From NCBI GenBank assembly GCA_022561055.1, contig JADFRY010000001.1, forward strand, positions 121,262-185,261: DNA of 64,000 nucleotides, read 5' to 3'. Of the stretch, positions 48,549 through 58,960 are shown piece by piece. Below the pieces are notes generated by a model. It made no database searches, was not told where the DNA came from, and saw only the letters and a list, made by a program, of their open reading frames with translations. Origin of the DNA: Nanobdellota archaeon. GTDB taxonomy: Archaea > Nanobdellota > Nanobdellia > Pacearchaeales > GW2011-AR1. Position numbers and translations under genes: made by a program. The first letter of the stretch is position 1. Each line of letters opens with the position of its first letter.

Positions 48549-48758
48549 TTAACCCTTCAAATCAGAAATTCCCAGAAGAACGAATAAAACGCCGATCATT
48601 GCAATAAACCAGAAAATACCGCCCTTGAGGAAAATCCATGCTGGACCCCAGAAATTTAAAGATTTCCCGAAAATAGTCCATGTTTGGGAGTAAAATGCAA
48701 TTATAATTGGAACTACTATTAATATTAATCCAATAAGAAGTTCAGCCCATTTGTTCAT
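48549..48758 (-). CDS. small 2-TM membrane protein
   Basis: hydrophobic, ends LLGISDLKG. Confidence 0.7.
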   Translation of the reverse strand: MNKWAELLIGLILIVVPIIIAFYSQTWTIFGKSLNFWGPAWIFLKGGIFWFIAMIGVLFVLLGISDLKG

Positions 48759-48877
48759 GATATTTTTATTGTATGGAGGTTTATAAATATTATTGTTAAT
48801 TTTTGTATAGTTTGGGAGTAAAAATCTGTGTTTTTCTTGAGCAAAACATTAAAAACTCTATTTGTAATTTTATTTCT

Positions 48878-49969
48878 ATGCTAACTAAAAAACAGCTTTC
48901 TGAAATACGTGAGCATTTAGAGAGAGCTCAGAATCCTGTGTTTTTTTATGATAATGATGCTGATGGGTTTTGTAGTTATGTGCTTTTTAGGAGATTTTTA
49001 GGTAGGGGAAAAGGAGTCGCTGTCAGGACTCATCCGAATATTGATGCAGGATATGCAAAAAAAGCGCAGGAATTTGGTTCAGACTATGTTTTTATTTTAG
49101 ACAGGCCTTTTCTTGGGAAGGAGTTTGTTGAAGAAATAGAAAAGTTGCAGTTGCCTATAGTTTGGATTGACCACCATGATATAAAAGAAAATATTAACGA
49201 TTATGGATATGATAATATTTTTGTTTATAATCCGACTAGGACATCTTATAAAAAGAGTAAAAAAAGCAATGAGCCTGTGACTTATTTGGCTTATAAAGTT
49301 GTTAACAGGAAGGAAGATGTTTGGATTGCTGTGATGGGTTGTATTTCAGACCATTATATGCCTGATTTTATTAAAGAATTTGCTAAAGAATATTCTGAAT
49401 ATTGGAGGCAGCAGATAGCAATAGAAAAGCCATTTGACGCTTATTATAAGACTGAAATAGGATTTTTAGCCAGAGCGTTAGGTTTTGGACTTAAGGATTC
49501 AATAACTCATGTTGTCCAGCTGCAGAACTTTTTGGTTTCATGTAAATCTCCTGCAGATGTTTTGTCAGAGATTGAATCTAATAGGCCATTTGGTAAAAAG
49601 TATAGAGAGTTAAGAAAAAAATATGATTTATTAATAGAGAAAGCGAAGAAAAATGTTGACGGCAAAATTATATTTTTTTGTTATGGAGGAAATTTAAGTA
49701 TTAGTTCAGATATTTCAAATGAGTTGTCTTTTTTGTATCCAGGACGTTTTATTATTGTTGGTTATATGATGGAGTCTATTAGTAATTTGTCTATAAGAGG
49801 AGATGACGTTAAGTCTTTGATAGAAAAGTTATTGCCAAGATTTAAAGATTCTAGGGGAGGAGGTCATAGGAATGCAGTCGGTGTTAGGTTACAAACAGAA
49901 GATTTAGAAAGATTTAAGAAGGAATTTGAGGAAGAGGTAAATAGGAAAAATGCAAGAAATAAAAATTGA
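48878..49969 (+). CDS. DHH/DHHA1 phosphoesterase (RecJ-like)
   Basis: DNDADG, WIDHH, GGGHRNAVG. Confidence 0.9.
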   Translation: MLTKKQLSEIREHLERAQNPVFFYDNDADGFCSYVLFRRFLGRGKGVAVRTHPNIDAGYAKKAQEFGSDYVFILDRPFLGKEFVEEIEKLQLPIVWIDHHDIKENINDYGYDNIFVYNPTRTSYKKSKKSNEPVTYLAYKVVNRKEDVWIAVMGCISDHYMPDFIKEFAKEYSEYWRQQIAIEKPFDAYYKTEIGFLARALGFGLKDSITHVVQLQNFLVSCKSPADVLSEIESNRPFGKKYRELRKKYDLLIEKAKKNVDGKIIFFCYGGNLSISSDISNELSFLYPGRFIIVGYMMESISNLSIRGDDVKSLIEKLLPRFKDSRGGGHRNAVGVRLQTEDLERFKKEFEEEVNRKNARNKN

Positions 49970-50972
49970 AATTTTTGGAAGAGTTCAGGGAATTGGATTT
50001 AGACATTTTACTAAAGAGCATGCTGATAAGTTAGGATTGAAAGGATTTGTCAGGAACACAGACCAGGGAAGTGCTTTGGTTATTGCTCAGGGTGATAAGA
50101 AAAAGCTTGAAGAGTTACTTAAGATTGTGCAGAAAGGACCGATTCTTACTCATGTCGAGGGAGTTTCATATTTTTGGAAAAAGGCTGAAAATAATTATTC
50201 TGATTTTGTTATAGCATTGGATAAAGGAATTATTGAGGACCAGAAAAGAAATTTTTTGAATTTAGGCAAAAGTGTTTTAAATATAAAAGACAGAATTCCG
50301 AGGCATATTGCTATAATTCCCGATGGAAATAGAAGGTGGGCTACTAAGAGAGGACTTAATATTTTAATGGGACATAAAAAATCTGCAACTTATGAAAAAA
50401 TTATTGCTTTATCAGAAGAGGCAAAGCAGTTAGGAATAAAATATATTACTGTTTGGGTTTTTTCTACAGAAAACTGGAAAAGGGACTCGGAAGAAATTAA
50501 GAATATTTTCGGACTAATTTTAAAAGTTTTGAAGAGATTTAGGAAAGAAGCTAAGAAGAATCAGTTTAGATTTAGACATTTAGGGAGAAAAGATAGACTA
50601 CCTAAAAAACTTGTTGATGAAATTTTAAAGGTAGAGGAAGAAACAAAAGAGTTTGATAAATTTAATATTCAGTTATGTATTGATTACGGCGGGCGTGATG
50701 AGATTACGAGGGCGATTAATAAATTATTAGAGTCTGGCGTTAAAGAGATAAAAGAAGATGAGCTTTCTATGTATTTGGATTCTATTGGCATTCCTGACCC
50801 TGATTTGATTATAAGGACTTCTGGAGAAAAGAGGACAAGCGGTTTTATGCCTTTCCAGTCAATTTATGCAGAGCTGTATTTTGCAGATGTGGATTTTCCT
50901 GATTTTGGGCCGGAAGAGTTAAGAAAAGCTGTTGAAGAGTTTGCAGAGAGGAAGAGAAATTTTGGGAAGTGA
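49950..50972 (+). CDS. uppS: acylphosphatase fused to cis-prenyltransferase (UppS)
   Basis: GRVQGIGFR acylphosphatase domain; HIAIIPDGNRRW, FSTENW, IIRTSGE. Confidence 0.9.
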   Translation: MQEIKIEIFGRVQGIGFRHFTKEHADKLGLKGFVRNTDQGSALVIAQGDKKKLEELLKIVQKGPILTHVEGVSYFWKKAENNYSDFVIALDKGIIEDQKRNFLNLGKSVLNIKDRIPRHIAIIPDGNRRWATKRGLNILMGHKKSATYEKIIALSEEAKQLGIKYITVWVFSTENWKRDSEEIKNIFGLILKVLKRFRKEAKKNQFRFRHLGRKDRLPKKLVDEILKVEEETKEFDKFNIQLCIDYGGRDEITRAINKLLESGVKEIKEDELSMYLDSIGIPDPDLIIRTSGEKRTSGFMPFQSIYAELYFADVDFPDFGPEELRKAVEEFAERKRNFGK

Positions 50973-51034
50973 TTTGTATTTACTAGTTAAGATAAATTTA
51001 AATAGAAAACTTGTTTTTTATAGTAGAGGTGAAA

Positions 51035-52045
51035 ATGGATTTACTTGAGAGTTTGATTAATCTTGATGGAGTTAGTGGCGATGAGCACGACGTGAGGGAT
51101 TTTATTATCAGAGAGTGCAAGAAGTATGTTAAAAACGTGGACGTTGATAAAATGGGAAATGTCATTGTTAGCAGGAAAGGGAAAAAACCTGCGATACTGT
51201 TTCTGGCTCATATGGATGAGATTGGTCTCATGGTAAAAAGGATAACTCGGCGTGGAAGGATGTATATTAGTCCTATCGGTGGTATAGACCCTCCAATTTT
51301 AATCGGACAAAGAGTTTTTATTAAAGGAAAAGAAAAGATACAAGGAGTCATTACGACTGACGAAGTTTTAAACGACGATTTAGTTCCTAACACAGTTAAG
51401 ATGGAAGAGCTTTTCGTTCATTCTGGTCTCGATGCTAAGGAATTGAAGAAAAAGGGCGTTAATATAGGAACATATATGTCTTTTGGGAGCAACTATGATT
51501 GTTGTACTTTAGGTTCTAAAGATGTTATTTCTGGCAAGGCTTTGGATGACAGGATTGGTTGTTATATTTTGCTTGAACTGATGAGAAACTTGAAAACTAA
51601 GAATGAAATTTATTTTGTTTTTACAGTTCAGGAAGAAGTCGGACTTTATGGGGCGAAGGCTTCTGTTTTTAATTTGGAGCCTGACTATGCAATTGCTGTC
51701 GATGTTACAGGACATGAGGATAGAAATGATACAATGATTTTAGGAAACGGGCCTGCTTTGACAATTAAAGATGCTGAAATGCTCGGCAATAAATGTTTAA
51801 ATGAGGCATTACAAGAAGTTGCTGCGAAATTAAATATTAACTTGCAATTAGAAGTTGGTGACGTTGGTACTACCGATGCGACTTCGATTTTTGCATCTAA
51901 GGGAGGAATTCCTTCTGCTGTTTTAGGAGTTTCTGTCGCTAATATACACACTACTATTGGCATGGCACATAAAGAAGATATTGTGGGAGCTGTTAAGGTT
52001 CTTAGAGGATTTTTAAAGAATCCCCCGGCGAAGTGCTGGGCCTAG
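51035..52045 (+). CDS. M42 (TET) aminopeptidase
   Basis: AHMDE, KALDDR, QEEVG, GTTD, IHT. Confidence 0.93.
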   Translation: MDLLESLINLDGVSGDEHDVRDFIIRECKKYVKNVDVDKMGNVIVSRKGKKPAILFLAHMDEIGLMVKRITRRGRMYISPIGGIDPPILIGQRVFIKGKEKIQGVITTDEVLNDDLVPNTVKMEELFVHSGLDAKELKKKGVNIGTYMSFGSNYDCCTLGSKDVISGKALDDRIGCYILLELMRNLKTKNEIYFVFTVQEEVGLYGAKASVFNLEPDYAIAVDVTGHEDRNDTMILGNGPALTIKDAEMLGNKCLNEALQEVAAKLNINLQLEVGDVGTTDATSIFASKGGIPSAVLGVSVANIHTTIGMAHKEDIVGAVKVLRGFLKNPPAKCWA

Positions 52046-52568
52046 TAGATTTATTAATACTAAACTTTTCAGAGAAGTATTTTGCTCTTCTTTCTACTGT
52101 CCAATTTTGAATAGAATTATAGAATCCTATTTGAATGAAGTCATAGATATTTCTTTCAATTCTTGGTTGGTATGATAGTATTATAGCATGGGGGTCTATG
52201 AGGTCTGGTTTTTCCTCTATTATTTCTGTATTTTTTGGGGTTATTGTAGGAATAAATCCGAGTGGTTTTAAGGCGCAATAGACTGTTCTCAATTTTGCTA
52301 TTTCCCACCACCCCCACAATCTTCTATCTTCTTGATCTGCGTAGACAGAAGGAGGTTCAACTAGTTCTATAGATATTTGACCCGTATTTCTAAATTTTTT
52401 TCCTGTGTGTTCAGACACAAATCTAAGTCTTCTTTGTAAGTATCTGGGAGAATTCTGTAGAGGCATCTCGAAGGTTAGAGAGCGATCAATTAATTCTGGA
52501 TTTCTGATGGTTATTAAACTAATAAAATTGTCAAGAGAAGAGACTATTTTTGATAGGTCATCCATCAA
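52002..52568 (-). CDS. hypothetical protein
   Basis: 188-aa ORF, convergent overlap with the M42 gene. Confidence 0.55.
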   Translation of the reverse strand: MMDDLSKIVSSLDNFISLITIRNPELIDRSLTFEMPLQNSPRYLQRRLRFVSEHTGKKFRNTGQISIELVEPPSVYADQEDRRLWGWWEIAKLRTVYCALKPLGFIPTITPKNTEIIEEKPDLIDPHAIILSYQPRIERNIYDFIQIGFYNSIQNWTVERRAKYFSEKFSINKSTRPSTSPGDSLKIL

Positions 52569-52658
52569 AATGTTATCAAGGGGTTTGAATTTTTAAGGAT
52601 ATAGGTGATTCAAGGATAATTTAGGTAATATATTTAAACGGAGTTACTTTCTAGGTTT

Positions 52659-55517
52659 ATGCGAAAAGAGTGGTGGATGATTATTTTAGTTTTAGTTGCT
52701 TTGTTAGTTGTCGTTGCAAGTTATAATTATATTACAACAGGTGTTCTCTTTGCTCCTAAGTTGAGTAGTGGTGGTGCTGATAGTTTTTCTGGTGAGGTTG
52801 AGAGTTTGGAAGGTGTTAGTGAGGAGGAGTTAAAGGAGGAAAGTATATTTACGAGGTATTTTGGAAATGAAGATAGAGTCGCTCCTAGGACATTTAAGGT
52901 CTTTGCAACAGATTCTAATTTTACAGGAGATGTTTTGAATAGGGCTGATGAAATTTGTAATGGTGCAGCCTCTAATGCTGGATTGAGGGGGAATTATGTG
53001 GCTTTATTGAGCACGACTAGGGAACATGCCGCGGATAAAATACAAGATGGAAAATATGTGAGAGTCGATGGAGTTAAGGTTGCAGATAACAAGAGAGATT
53101 TGTTTGATGGAACCATTGATAATCCTTTAAATGTTAATGAGTTTGGTAATGTATTGCCTACGCTTACTTGCGATAGTAATGGATTCGAGTGTAATTTAAT
53201 TTATACCGGTAGTAAGGTTGACGGCACTTTAGATCCTGGTTTTAATTGTAATGATTGGAATTCTATCTCTGCACTTTCTACAGTTGGACATTATCCAAGT
53301 GTCGATCATAATTGGATAAATACAAATAATGTTTCTTGTTCTGAAGTCTTAGGAATTTATTGTTTTGAATCTTATGTTCCTAGACCAAGTTGTAATAGGG
53401 TTTACACTGCCCAGGATTTAGATAACGTGAGGAATGATTTAGATGCTTGTTATATCCAGATGGCTGATATTGATTTGGGTAGTTGGGGTAACTGGGAACC
53501 TATTGGATACTTGGACATTAATACGTTTCCAGGCCCTAACGACAGGCCATTCACAGGGAGATATGATGGTAATGGATTTAAAATAACTAACTTTGAAATA
53601 CCTGAAGAAAATCTTTCTGCGTTATTTGCTTATTCCACAGGAGTTTTGGAGAATGTTACAATTGATGGTTTTAATATAGACAGCAGGGCGGCGCCACTTA
53701 TAGCTGTCGGTTCTTTGGTAGCAGTTAATGGAGGAGTCGTAAGAAATTCTTTGGCTAAAAATGGATTTATGAGAATCGGTTTATCCTATTTTTCAGAAGC
53801 TATTGGTGGTTTGATTGGTGCAAATATTGATGGAGATATAATGAATTCTGGAGTTAAAAATGTAACTATTTTTGGAAGTTTTACCGCTGGAGGGCTTATG
53901 GGTTTAACGTTGTATGGTATAATTGAAGGCACATATGCAGAAGATGTAAAGGTTCAAGGTCAGGGAGGATTTGTAGGAGGTCTAATTGGACGTATGCAAC
54001 ACACGAATATAACTGATTCATATGCTACGGGAAATGTTAGTGGTGGTATGAGTGTTGGAGGTCTTATAGGAAGTTTTAGAGGCTCTATGATATTTGCAAG
54101 TTCTGTAACTATTAAAAATTCTTATTCTTTTGGAATAGTTAATGGGAGTTATAATGTAGGGGGTTTAGTTGGAATTACGGTCGGAAAGGTAAATATTACA
54201 AATAGCTTTTCATCTAGTAAAGTTTCCGGGAGAAGTTCTGTAGGAGGTTTTATTGGCAGGACCAGGGTCGGGGCTAGAGGAAATTTTATTAGTAATTCTT
54301 ATGCTACCGGAGATGTGTTGGGGAGCAATAATGTTGGTGGATTTTTAGGATATAATCGAGGAACAATTAGTAATTCCTATTCAACAGGTCATGTGCTAGG
54401 AGACGGTAGGCTACCAGAAAACAGTAATGTTGGTGGGCTTTTAGGATACAATGATGGTGGAACCGTTAATAATTCCTATTCAACAGGCGATGTGGTAGGA
54501 AGGGAAAATGTGGGAGGACTTTTAGGACAAAATAATGAGAACGGAATAATTAGTAATTCTTATTCAACAGGTAGTGTGTCAGGGTTTAGTGCTGGCGGTG
54601 GTGGATTGGTAGGAATTAACCAGATGGGAGGACTTATCAGTAATTCTTACTGGGACATTGAAACATCTGGGCAAACCACAAGTGCCGGCGGAGTTGGAAA
54701 GACAACAGCGCAAATGAAAAGGCAAAACACATTTACTAATTGGGACTTTGTTAGGGTTTGGGATATTGCAGAAGATATAACTTATCCATTCTTGAGATGG
54801 CAACTCGAGGAGGGATTGATTGTACACTATAAGTTTGATGAACTTGCGAACGGCAAGACTCCGGACAGTTCTGCATATAGATATGATGCGGATGTTTTTG
54901 CAGCGGGGTTGGTTCCTGGAAAGATAGATGGAGCTCTTAATTTTAGCGGATGGAGAGGCCGTGTTCTCGTGGAAGATACTCCATTTTTGTATTCGGATGA
55001 AGAGATGACTATTTCAGCCTGGGTTAATACGAGGAAAAAATGGAAACCATCTCAGACTATTGTTTGGAAAGGTAATCCTGATGGGAGTCCTGGCGCTGTT
55101 AGCAGTGATAACAGGGAGTTTGCTTTATTCTTGTTGGGAGCTAGGGACAATAGCACTGGTGGATTTAATAGTAAAGTGCAGTTAGCTTTTACCCCAGAGA
55201 ATAGGATTGGAATTGGACAATATGCATGCACGACAATCACATTTCCTATTAGAGCAGAAAATTGGTGGTATCATGTTGCCGGCGTTATCGATGTTAGAAA
55301 CCGAGTAATGAAGATTTATGTCGATGGAGTAAAAGTTAAGACATGTAATATTTCTAGCGTATCAAATATTAGAAATACAAATGGTTCGTTGGTTGTAGGG
55401 AATAAGATGCCGTTGCCTGCGGGTAGCAGCGCAGGATTTACAGGGAAGATAGATGATGTTAGAATTTATAGTAAGGTTTTAAGTGATGCGGAAATCTTAG
55501 AGTTAGCTCAAGGATAG
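52659..55517 (+). CDS. surface protein B, paralog of 39737-42790
   Basis: same architecture; near-identical N- and C-terminal blocks. Confidence 0.8.
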   Translation: MRKEWWMIILVLVALLVVVASYNYITTGVLFAPKLSSGGADSFSGEVESLEGVSEEELKEESIFTRYFGNEDRVAPRTFKVFATDSNFTGDVLNRADEICNGAASNAGLRGNYVALLSTTREHAADKIQDGKYVRVDGVKVADNKRDLFDGTIDNPLNVNEFGNVLPTLTCDSNGFECNLIYTGSKVDGTLDPGFNCNDWNSISALSTVGHYPSVDHNWINTNNVSCSEVLGIYCFESYVPRPSCNRVYTAQDLDNVRNDLDACYIQMADIDLGSWGNWEPIGYLDINTFPGPNDRPFTGRYDGNGFKITNFEIPEENLSALFAYSTGVLENVTIDGFNIDSRAAPLIAVGSLVAVNGGVVRNSLAKNGFMRIGLSYFSEAIGGLIGANIDGDIMNSGVKNVTIFGSFTAGGLMGLTLYGIIEGTYAEDVKVQGQGGFVGGLIGRMQHTNITDSYATGNVSGGMSVGGLIGSFRGSMIFASSVTIKNSYSFGIVNGSYNVGGLVGITVGKVNITNSFSSSKVSGRSSVGGFIGRTRVGARGNFISNSYATGDVLGSNNVGGFLGYNRGTISNSYSTGHVLGDGRLPENSNVGGLLGYNDGGTVNNSYSTGDVVGRENVGGLLGQNNENGIISNSYSTGSVSGFSAGGGGLVGINQMGGLISNSYWDIETSGQTTSAGGVGKTTAQMKRQNTFTNWDFVRVWDIAEDITYPFLRWQLEEGLIVHYKFDELANGKTPDSSAYRYDADVFAAGLVPGKIDGALNFSGWRGRVLVEDTPFLYSDEEMTISAWVNTRKKWKPSQTIVWKGNPDGSPGAVSSDNREFALFLLGARDNSTGGFNSKVQLAFTPENRIGIGQYACTTITFPIRAENWWYHVAGVIDVRNRVMKIYVDGVKVKTCNISSVSNIRNTNGSLVVGNKMPLPAGSSAGFTGKIDDVRIYSKVLSDAEILELAQG

Positions 55518-55622
55518 TATTATATTTTCTAAAAACAACAAGAACATTTGTCGAAAGACTTAAATACTCTTTTTTATTAGTAATATCTAATAGGTATCTA
55601 TTGATATCTAAAAAGTATTAAA

Positions 55623-55934
55623 ATGGCAAGTGGAAAATTAGAGTTCAGGGATATGGAAGTTATTGAGAAAAAAGGAAGAAAAATACTTAGGTATCCAAAT
55701 CTAAGTACTGTGTTGATGGTAGAGAATTTCTTGAAAGAGCATAGAGATATGCCTATGAAGATTTCCGAGATAAAAAGGGGTCTCTCTAAGAAAGTCATGC
55801 ACCAAACCCTGATTGTCATATTGGATTATCTACAATTAAGTGGGAAGATTATAATTGGAACGAAAGGAGTTCAGTGGATATACATAGGCAGAGAACATTT
55901 AGAAAAGATGCTCAAGGGCAGTTTAGAGGTTTAA
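55623..55934 (+). CDS. winged-helix protein, probable antitoxin
   Basis: PNLSTVLMVE...LDYLQLSGKI; 1 nt upstream of a RelE-like gene. Confidence 0.65.
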   Translation: MASGKLEFRDMEVIEKKGRKILRYPNLSTVLMVENFLKEHRDMPMKISEIKRGLSKKVMHQTLIVILDYLQLSGKIIIGTKGVQWIYIGREHLEKMLKGSLEV

Positions 55935-55935
55935 C

Positions 55936-56283
55936 ATGTTTTTAGGAAAAGAGGTTAGAATATTTTTTAGAGGAAAGGCGAAAGAAAACTTTTTGGAATT
56001 GAAGAAAAGAGATGATAAGGAGTCTAAAGCACTTGTTAAATCTATAGAGAGGATTATTGAAATACTAAAAGATAATCCTTAGTACGGGAACCCGATTAGA
56101 AAAGAATTAATTCCTAAGGAATTAAAGAACCGAGAAATAACAAACATTTATAGAGTTGAACTTTCTAATTACTGGAGATTGCTTTATACGTTGGAAGGTA
56201 CAAAGATTGAAATATTCTTATTTATTTTGAGTATTATTGATCATCCGGCTTATAATAAGTTGTTTGGATATAGGAAGAGGTAA
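55936..56283 (+). pseudogene. RelE/ParE-like toxin interrupted by an in-frame TAG (56080-56082)
   Basis: MFLGKEVRI...LKDNP*YGNPIRKELIP...IYRVELSNYWRLLYTL...IDHPAYNKLFGY. Confidence 0.75.
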
Positions 56284-56350
56284 TCATCATATCAAGGAAT
56301 AGTTATATAAATCTGGTTGGTGGTTTTATTAGTGTTTTAGAAGAGGTTTT

Positions 56351-57814
56351 ATGGAATACTTAAATTACATAAATGGAGAGTGGGTGAAGAGTGTTTCTGG
56401 AGAAACTTTTGAAAGTAAAAATCCTGCAAATGAGAGAGTTATTGGGAAGTTTCAGAAAAGCAATGAAGAAGATGTGAAAGTCGCCATAAATGCTGCCGAG
56501 AATGCTTATGAGAATTGGTCGGAAATGCCTGCTGCAAAGAGAGGTGAAATTCTTTTTAGAGCTGCCGATCTTCTTATGAAAAATAAGCAAAAACTTGGAA
56601 AGTTAGTTGCGACAGAGATGGGAAAAGTTTTGTCTGAAAGTTTAGGTGATGTACAAGAAGCAATTGATGTGACTTATTATATGGCTGCTGAAGGTAGAAG
56701 ACTTTTTGGTCATACTACAACTTCTGAGTTGCGAGATAAATTTTGCATGACTATAAGAGTACCGATAGGAATTGTTGGTTGTATTACTCCATGGAATTTT
56801 CCTACTGCTATTCCTTCTTGGAAAATAATGCCTGCTTTGATATGTGGTAATACTATAATTTTTAAGCCAAGTTCTGATACTCCTTTGTGTGCTGTTGAGT
56901 TTGTAAAGATACTAGTAAAGGCAGGAGTTCCCAAAGGAGTACTTAATTTAGTTACTGGTCCAGGAGGAACTGTAGGAAAAGAAATTGTGAAAAATAAAAA
57001 AATAAGAGGAATTTCTTTTACAGGTCATAGAAATACAGGAAAATGGATTTTACAAAATGCCGGAATAAAAAGAATTGGCTTAGAACTTGGAAGTAAGAAT
57101 GGTATAATAATTATGGATGATGCAAACTTAGAAATTGCCTTGGATGGTGTGATATGGGGGGCTTTTGGAACAACCGGGCAAAGATGTACTGCCGCGAGTA
57201 GAGTCATTGTTCATAAAAAAGTGAAAAAGAAATTTGAGAATATGTTAGTTAATAGAGTTAAAAAATTAAAGCTTGGCAGTGGTTTAAATCCTGGAGTCGA
57301 TGTTGGACCACTTATAAATAAAGCAGCACTCGAAAAAGTAACTAGTTATGTTGAAATAGGAAAGAGAGAAGGAGCAAAATTATTAATAGGAGGCAAACCT
57401 GTCAAAGTTAAAGGAAAAGGTTATTTCTTTACTCCCAGTATTTTTACAAATTGTAACATAGATATGAATATTTGCCAAGATGAAATTTTTGGTCCTGTCG
57501 TTGCAATTATTGAAGCAAAAAATTTTGATGATGCAATTAAAAAAATAAATTCTGTAGATTATGGATTAAGTTCTGCAATTTACACAGAAAATATTAGGTA
57601 CGCATTTAAGGCTATGAAAAAAATAGAAGCTGGTTTAACATACATAAATAGCTCAACGATAGGGAGTGAAATTCATTTGCCTTTTGGTGGAGTAAAGCAA
57701 AGCGGTAATGCCAGAGAAGGAGGAATTCATGGTATCGATGAGTTTAGTGAAATAAAAACAATTTACTTTGATTATTCAGGAAGATTACAAAAGGCGCAAA
57801 TCGACACTTCGTGA
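56351..57814 (+). CDS. NAD(P)-dependent aldehyde dehydrogenase
   Basis: ITPWNFP, LELG, GQRCTA, EIFGP, PFGG. Confidence 0.95.
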   Translation: MEYLNYINGEWVKSVSGETFESKNPANERVIGKFQKSNEEDVKVAINAAENAYENWSEMPAAKRGEILFRAADLLMKNKQKLGKLVATEMGKVLSESLGDVQEAIDVTYYMAAEGRRLFGHTTTSELRDKFCMTIRVPIGIVGCITPWNFPTAIPSWKIMPALICGNTIIFKPSSDTPLCAVEFVKILVKAGVPKGVLNLVTGPGGTVGKEIVKNKKIRGISFTGHRNTGKWILQNAGIKRIGLELGSKNGIIIMDDANLEIALDGVIWGAFGTTGQRCTAASRVIVHKKVKKKFENMLVNRVKKLKLGSGLNPGVDVGPLINKAALEKVTSYVEIGKREGAKLLIGGKPVKVKGKGYFFTPSIFTNCNIDMNICQDEIFGPVVAIIEAKNFDDAIKKINSVDYGLSSAIYTENIRYAFKAMKKIEAGLTYINSSTIGSEIHLPFGGVKQSGNAREGGIHGIDEFSEIKTIYFDYSGRLQKAQIDTS

Positions 57815-57815
57815 T

Positions 57816-57875
57816 CGATTTGCTGACAGAAAATTTCCAAGACATTTGGAGGAAATTTCCTGAGGCTCAAATTGA
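57816..57875. terminator. long imperfect hairpin after the aldehyde dehydrogenase gene
   Basis: TCGATTTG..CAGAAAATTTCC / GGAAATTTCCTG..CAAATTGA. Confidence 0.4.
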
Positions 57876-57939
57876 TATAAAATAGATTAGAAACGTTTAT
57901 ATATTTTTAACAAATAATCATACAAAGAGGTAATTTTTT

Positions 57940-58035
57940 ATGGGAGATAAAAAAGGAAGTAAGAAAACAGGGAAAAAACTAAAAAAGAGAAAAGTTTCCA
58001 AGAAAAACGACAGCAAAGTTTGTAAAATCTGTTGA
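57940..58035 (+). CDS. 31-aa Lys-rich peptide ending in CxxC
   Basis: MGDKKGSKKTGKKLKKRKVSKKNDSKVCKIC; GAGGT SD and TATA-like element upstream. Confidence 0.5.
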   Translation: MGDKKGSKKTGKKLKKRKVSKKNDSKVCKIC

Positions 58036-58065
58036 TAGCATAGTTAATCCTGCTATAATTGAAAG

Positions 58066-58944
58066 ATGTTAAAAAATGAAAAAAAGAGGTTTTCTAAATT
58101 AGTTTTAATTTTGATTTTTATTTTGTTAGGCATTATAGTTTTTGCTTCAATTAATGTTTTTGCACATGAAGGAGAAGAAGGAGAGCATGACGAGCGCGAA
58201 ATTATCCTGCCCCAGCAGGGAATTGATTGGGCAAGTCCTGTTCCTTATGTAGTTTTATCAGCATTATGGTTAATTGCTTTTACGATATTGTTATTAATTA
58301 TAAGAGTAGAAAATATAGGGAATTATAAAAAATTATTTTTCTGGCTCATGATAATTCCTATTGTTTTGTCTTCGTTATATCTCGCAGGCAATACAATTTA
58401 TGAAAATATTGTTTCTGAGACTGGCGGTCCTGTACATTGGCATGCAGATTATCAAGTTTTGGTTTGTGGAGAAAGACTTGATTTAATTGATCCAGAAGGA
58501 TTGAGTAATAGAATAGGAACCACTATTTTACATGAGCATGGGGATGATAGAATTCATTTGGAAGGAACTTTGCGAGAGGTTAAAGATGCAAGTTTAGGAA
58601 GATATTTTCAGGCAATTGGAGGCGAGCTTGAATCTGCGCCCGGACATTTAATTTATCCAACAGAGGACAAGGGAATTATTAATTATCAAAATGGGGATCT
58701 TTGTCCTGATGGTTCTCTTGGAACTTTGAAAGTTTATGTTAATGGAAAAAGAATCGATGATTTTGAGAATTATGTAATTTATCCTGATTCACGTGTTCCT
58801 CCTGGAGATTGTGTTATTATTGCGTTTGATGGAAGTGAGAGAGTGACGACAGATATTTTGTGTGAGAGTTGGGAAGCACAAGGATGGAGTTATGATGATT
58901 TTAAAAGAAGAAAGGTTACAATAGGAGAAAAAATATGGCAGTAG
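58066..58944 (+). CDS. membrane protein with His-rich extracytoplasmic domain
   Basis: AHEGEEGEH, TM helices, VHWHADY..LHEHGDDRIHLEG. Confidence 0.75.
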   Translation: MLKNEKKRFSKLVLILIFILLGIIVFASINVFAHEGEEGEHDEREIILPQQGIDWASPVPYVVLSALWLIAFTILLLIIRVENIGNYKKLFFWLMIIPIVLSSLYLAGNTIYENIVSETGGPVHWHADYQVLVCGERLDLIDPEGLSNRIGTTILHEHGDDRIHLEGTLREVKDASLGRYFQAIGGELESAPGHLIYPTEDKGIINYQNGDLCPDGSLGTLKVYVNGKRIDDFENYVIYPDSRVPPGDCVIIAFDGSERVTTDILCESWEAQGWSYDDFKRRKVTIGEKIWQ

Positions 58945-58960
58945 AAGTTGGAGGTGAATT

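Noticed and set aside
56080..56082. Genome-wide TAG recoding or pyrrolysine
   Set aside because: TAG terminates several conserved genes at expected positions and no pyl genes are seen
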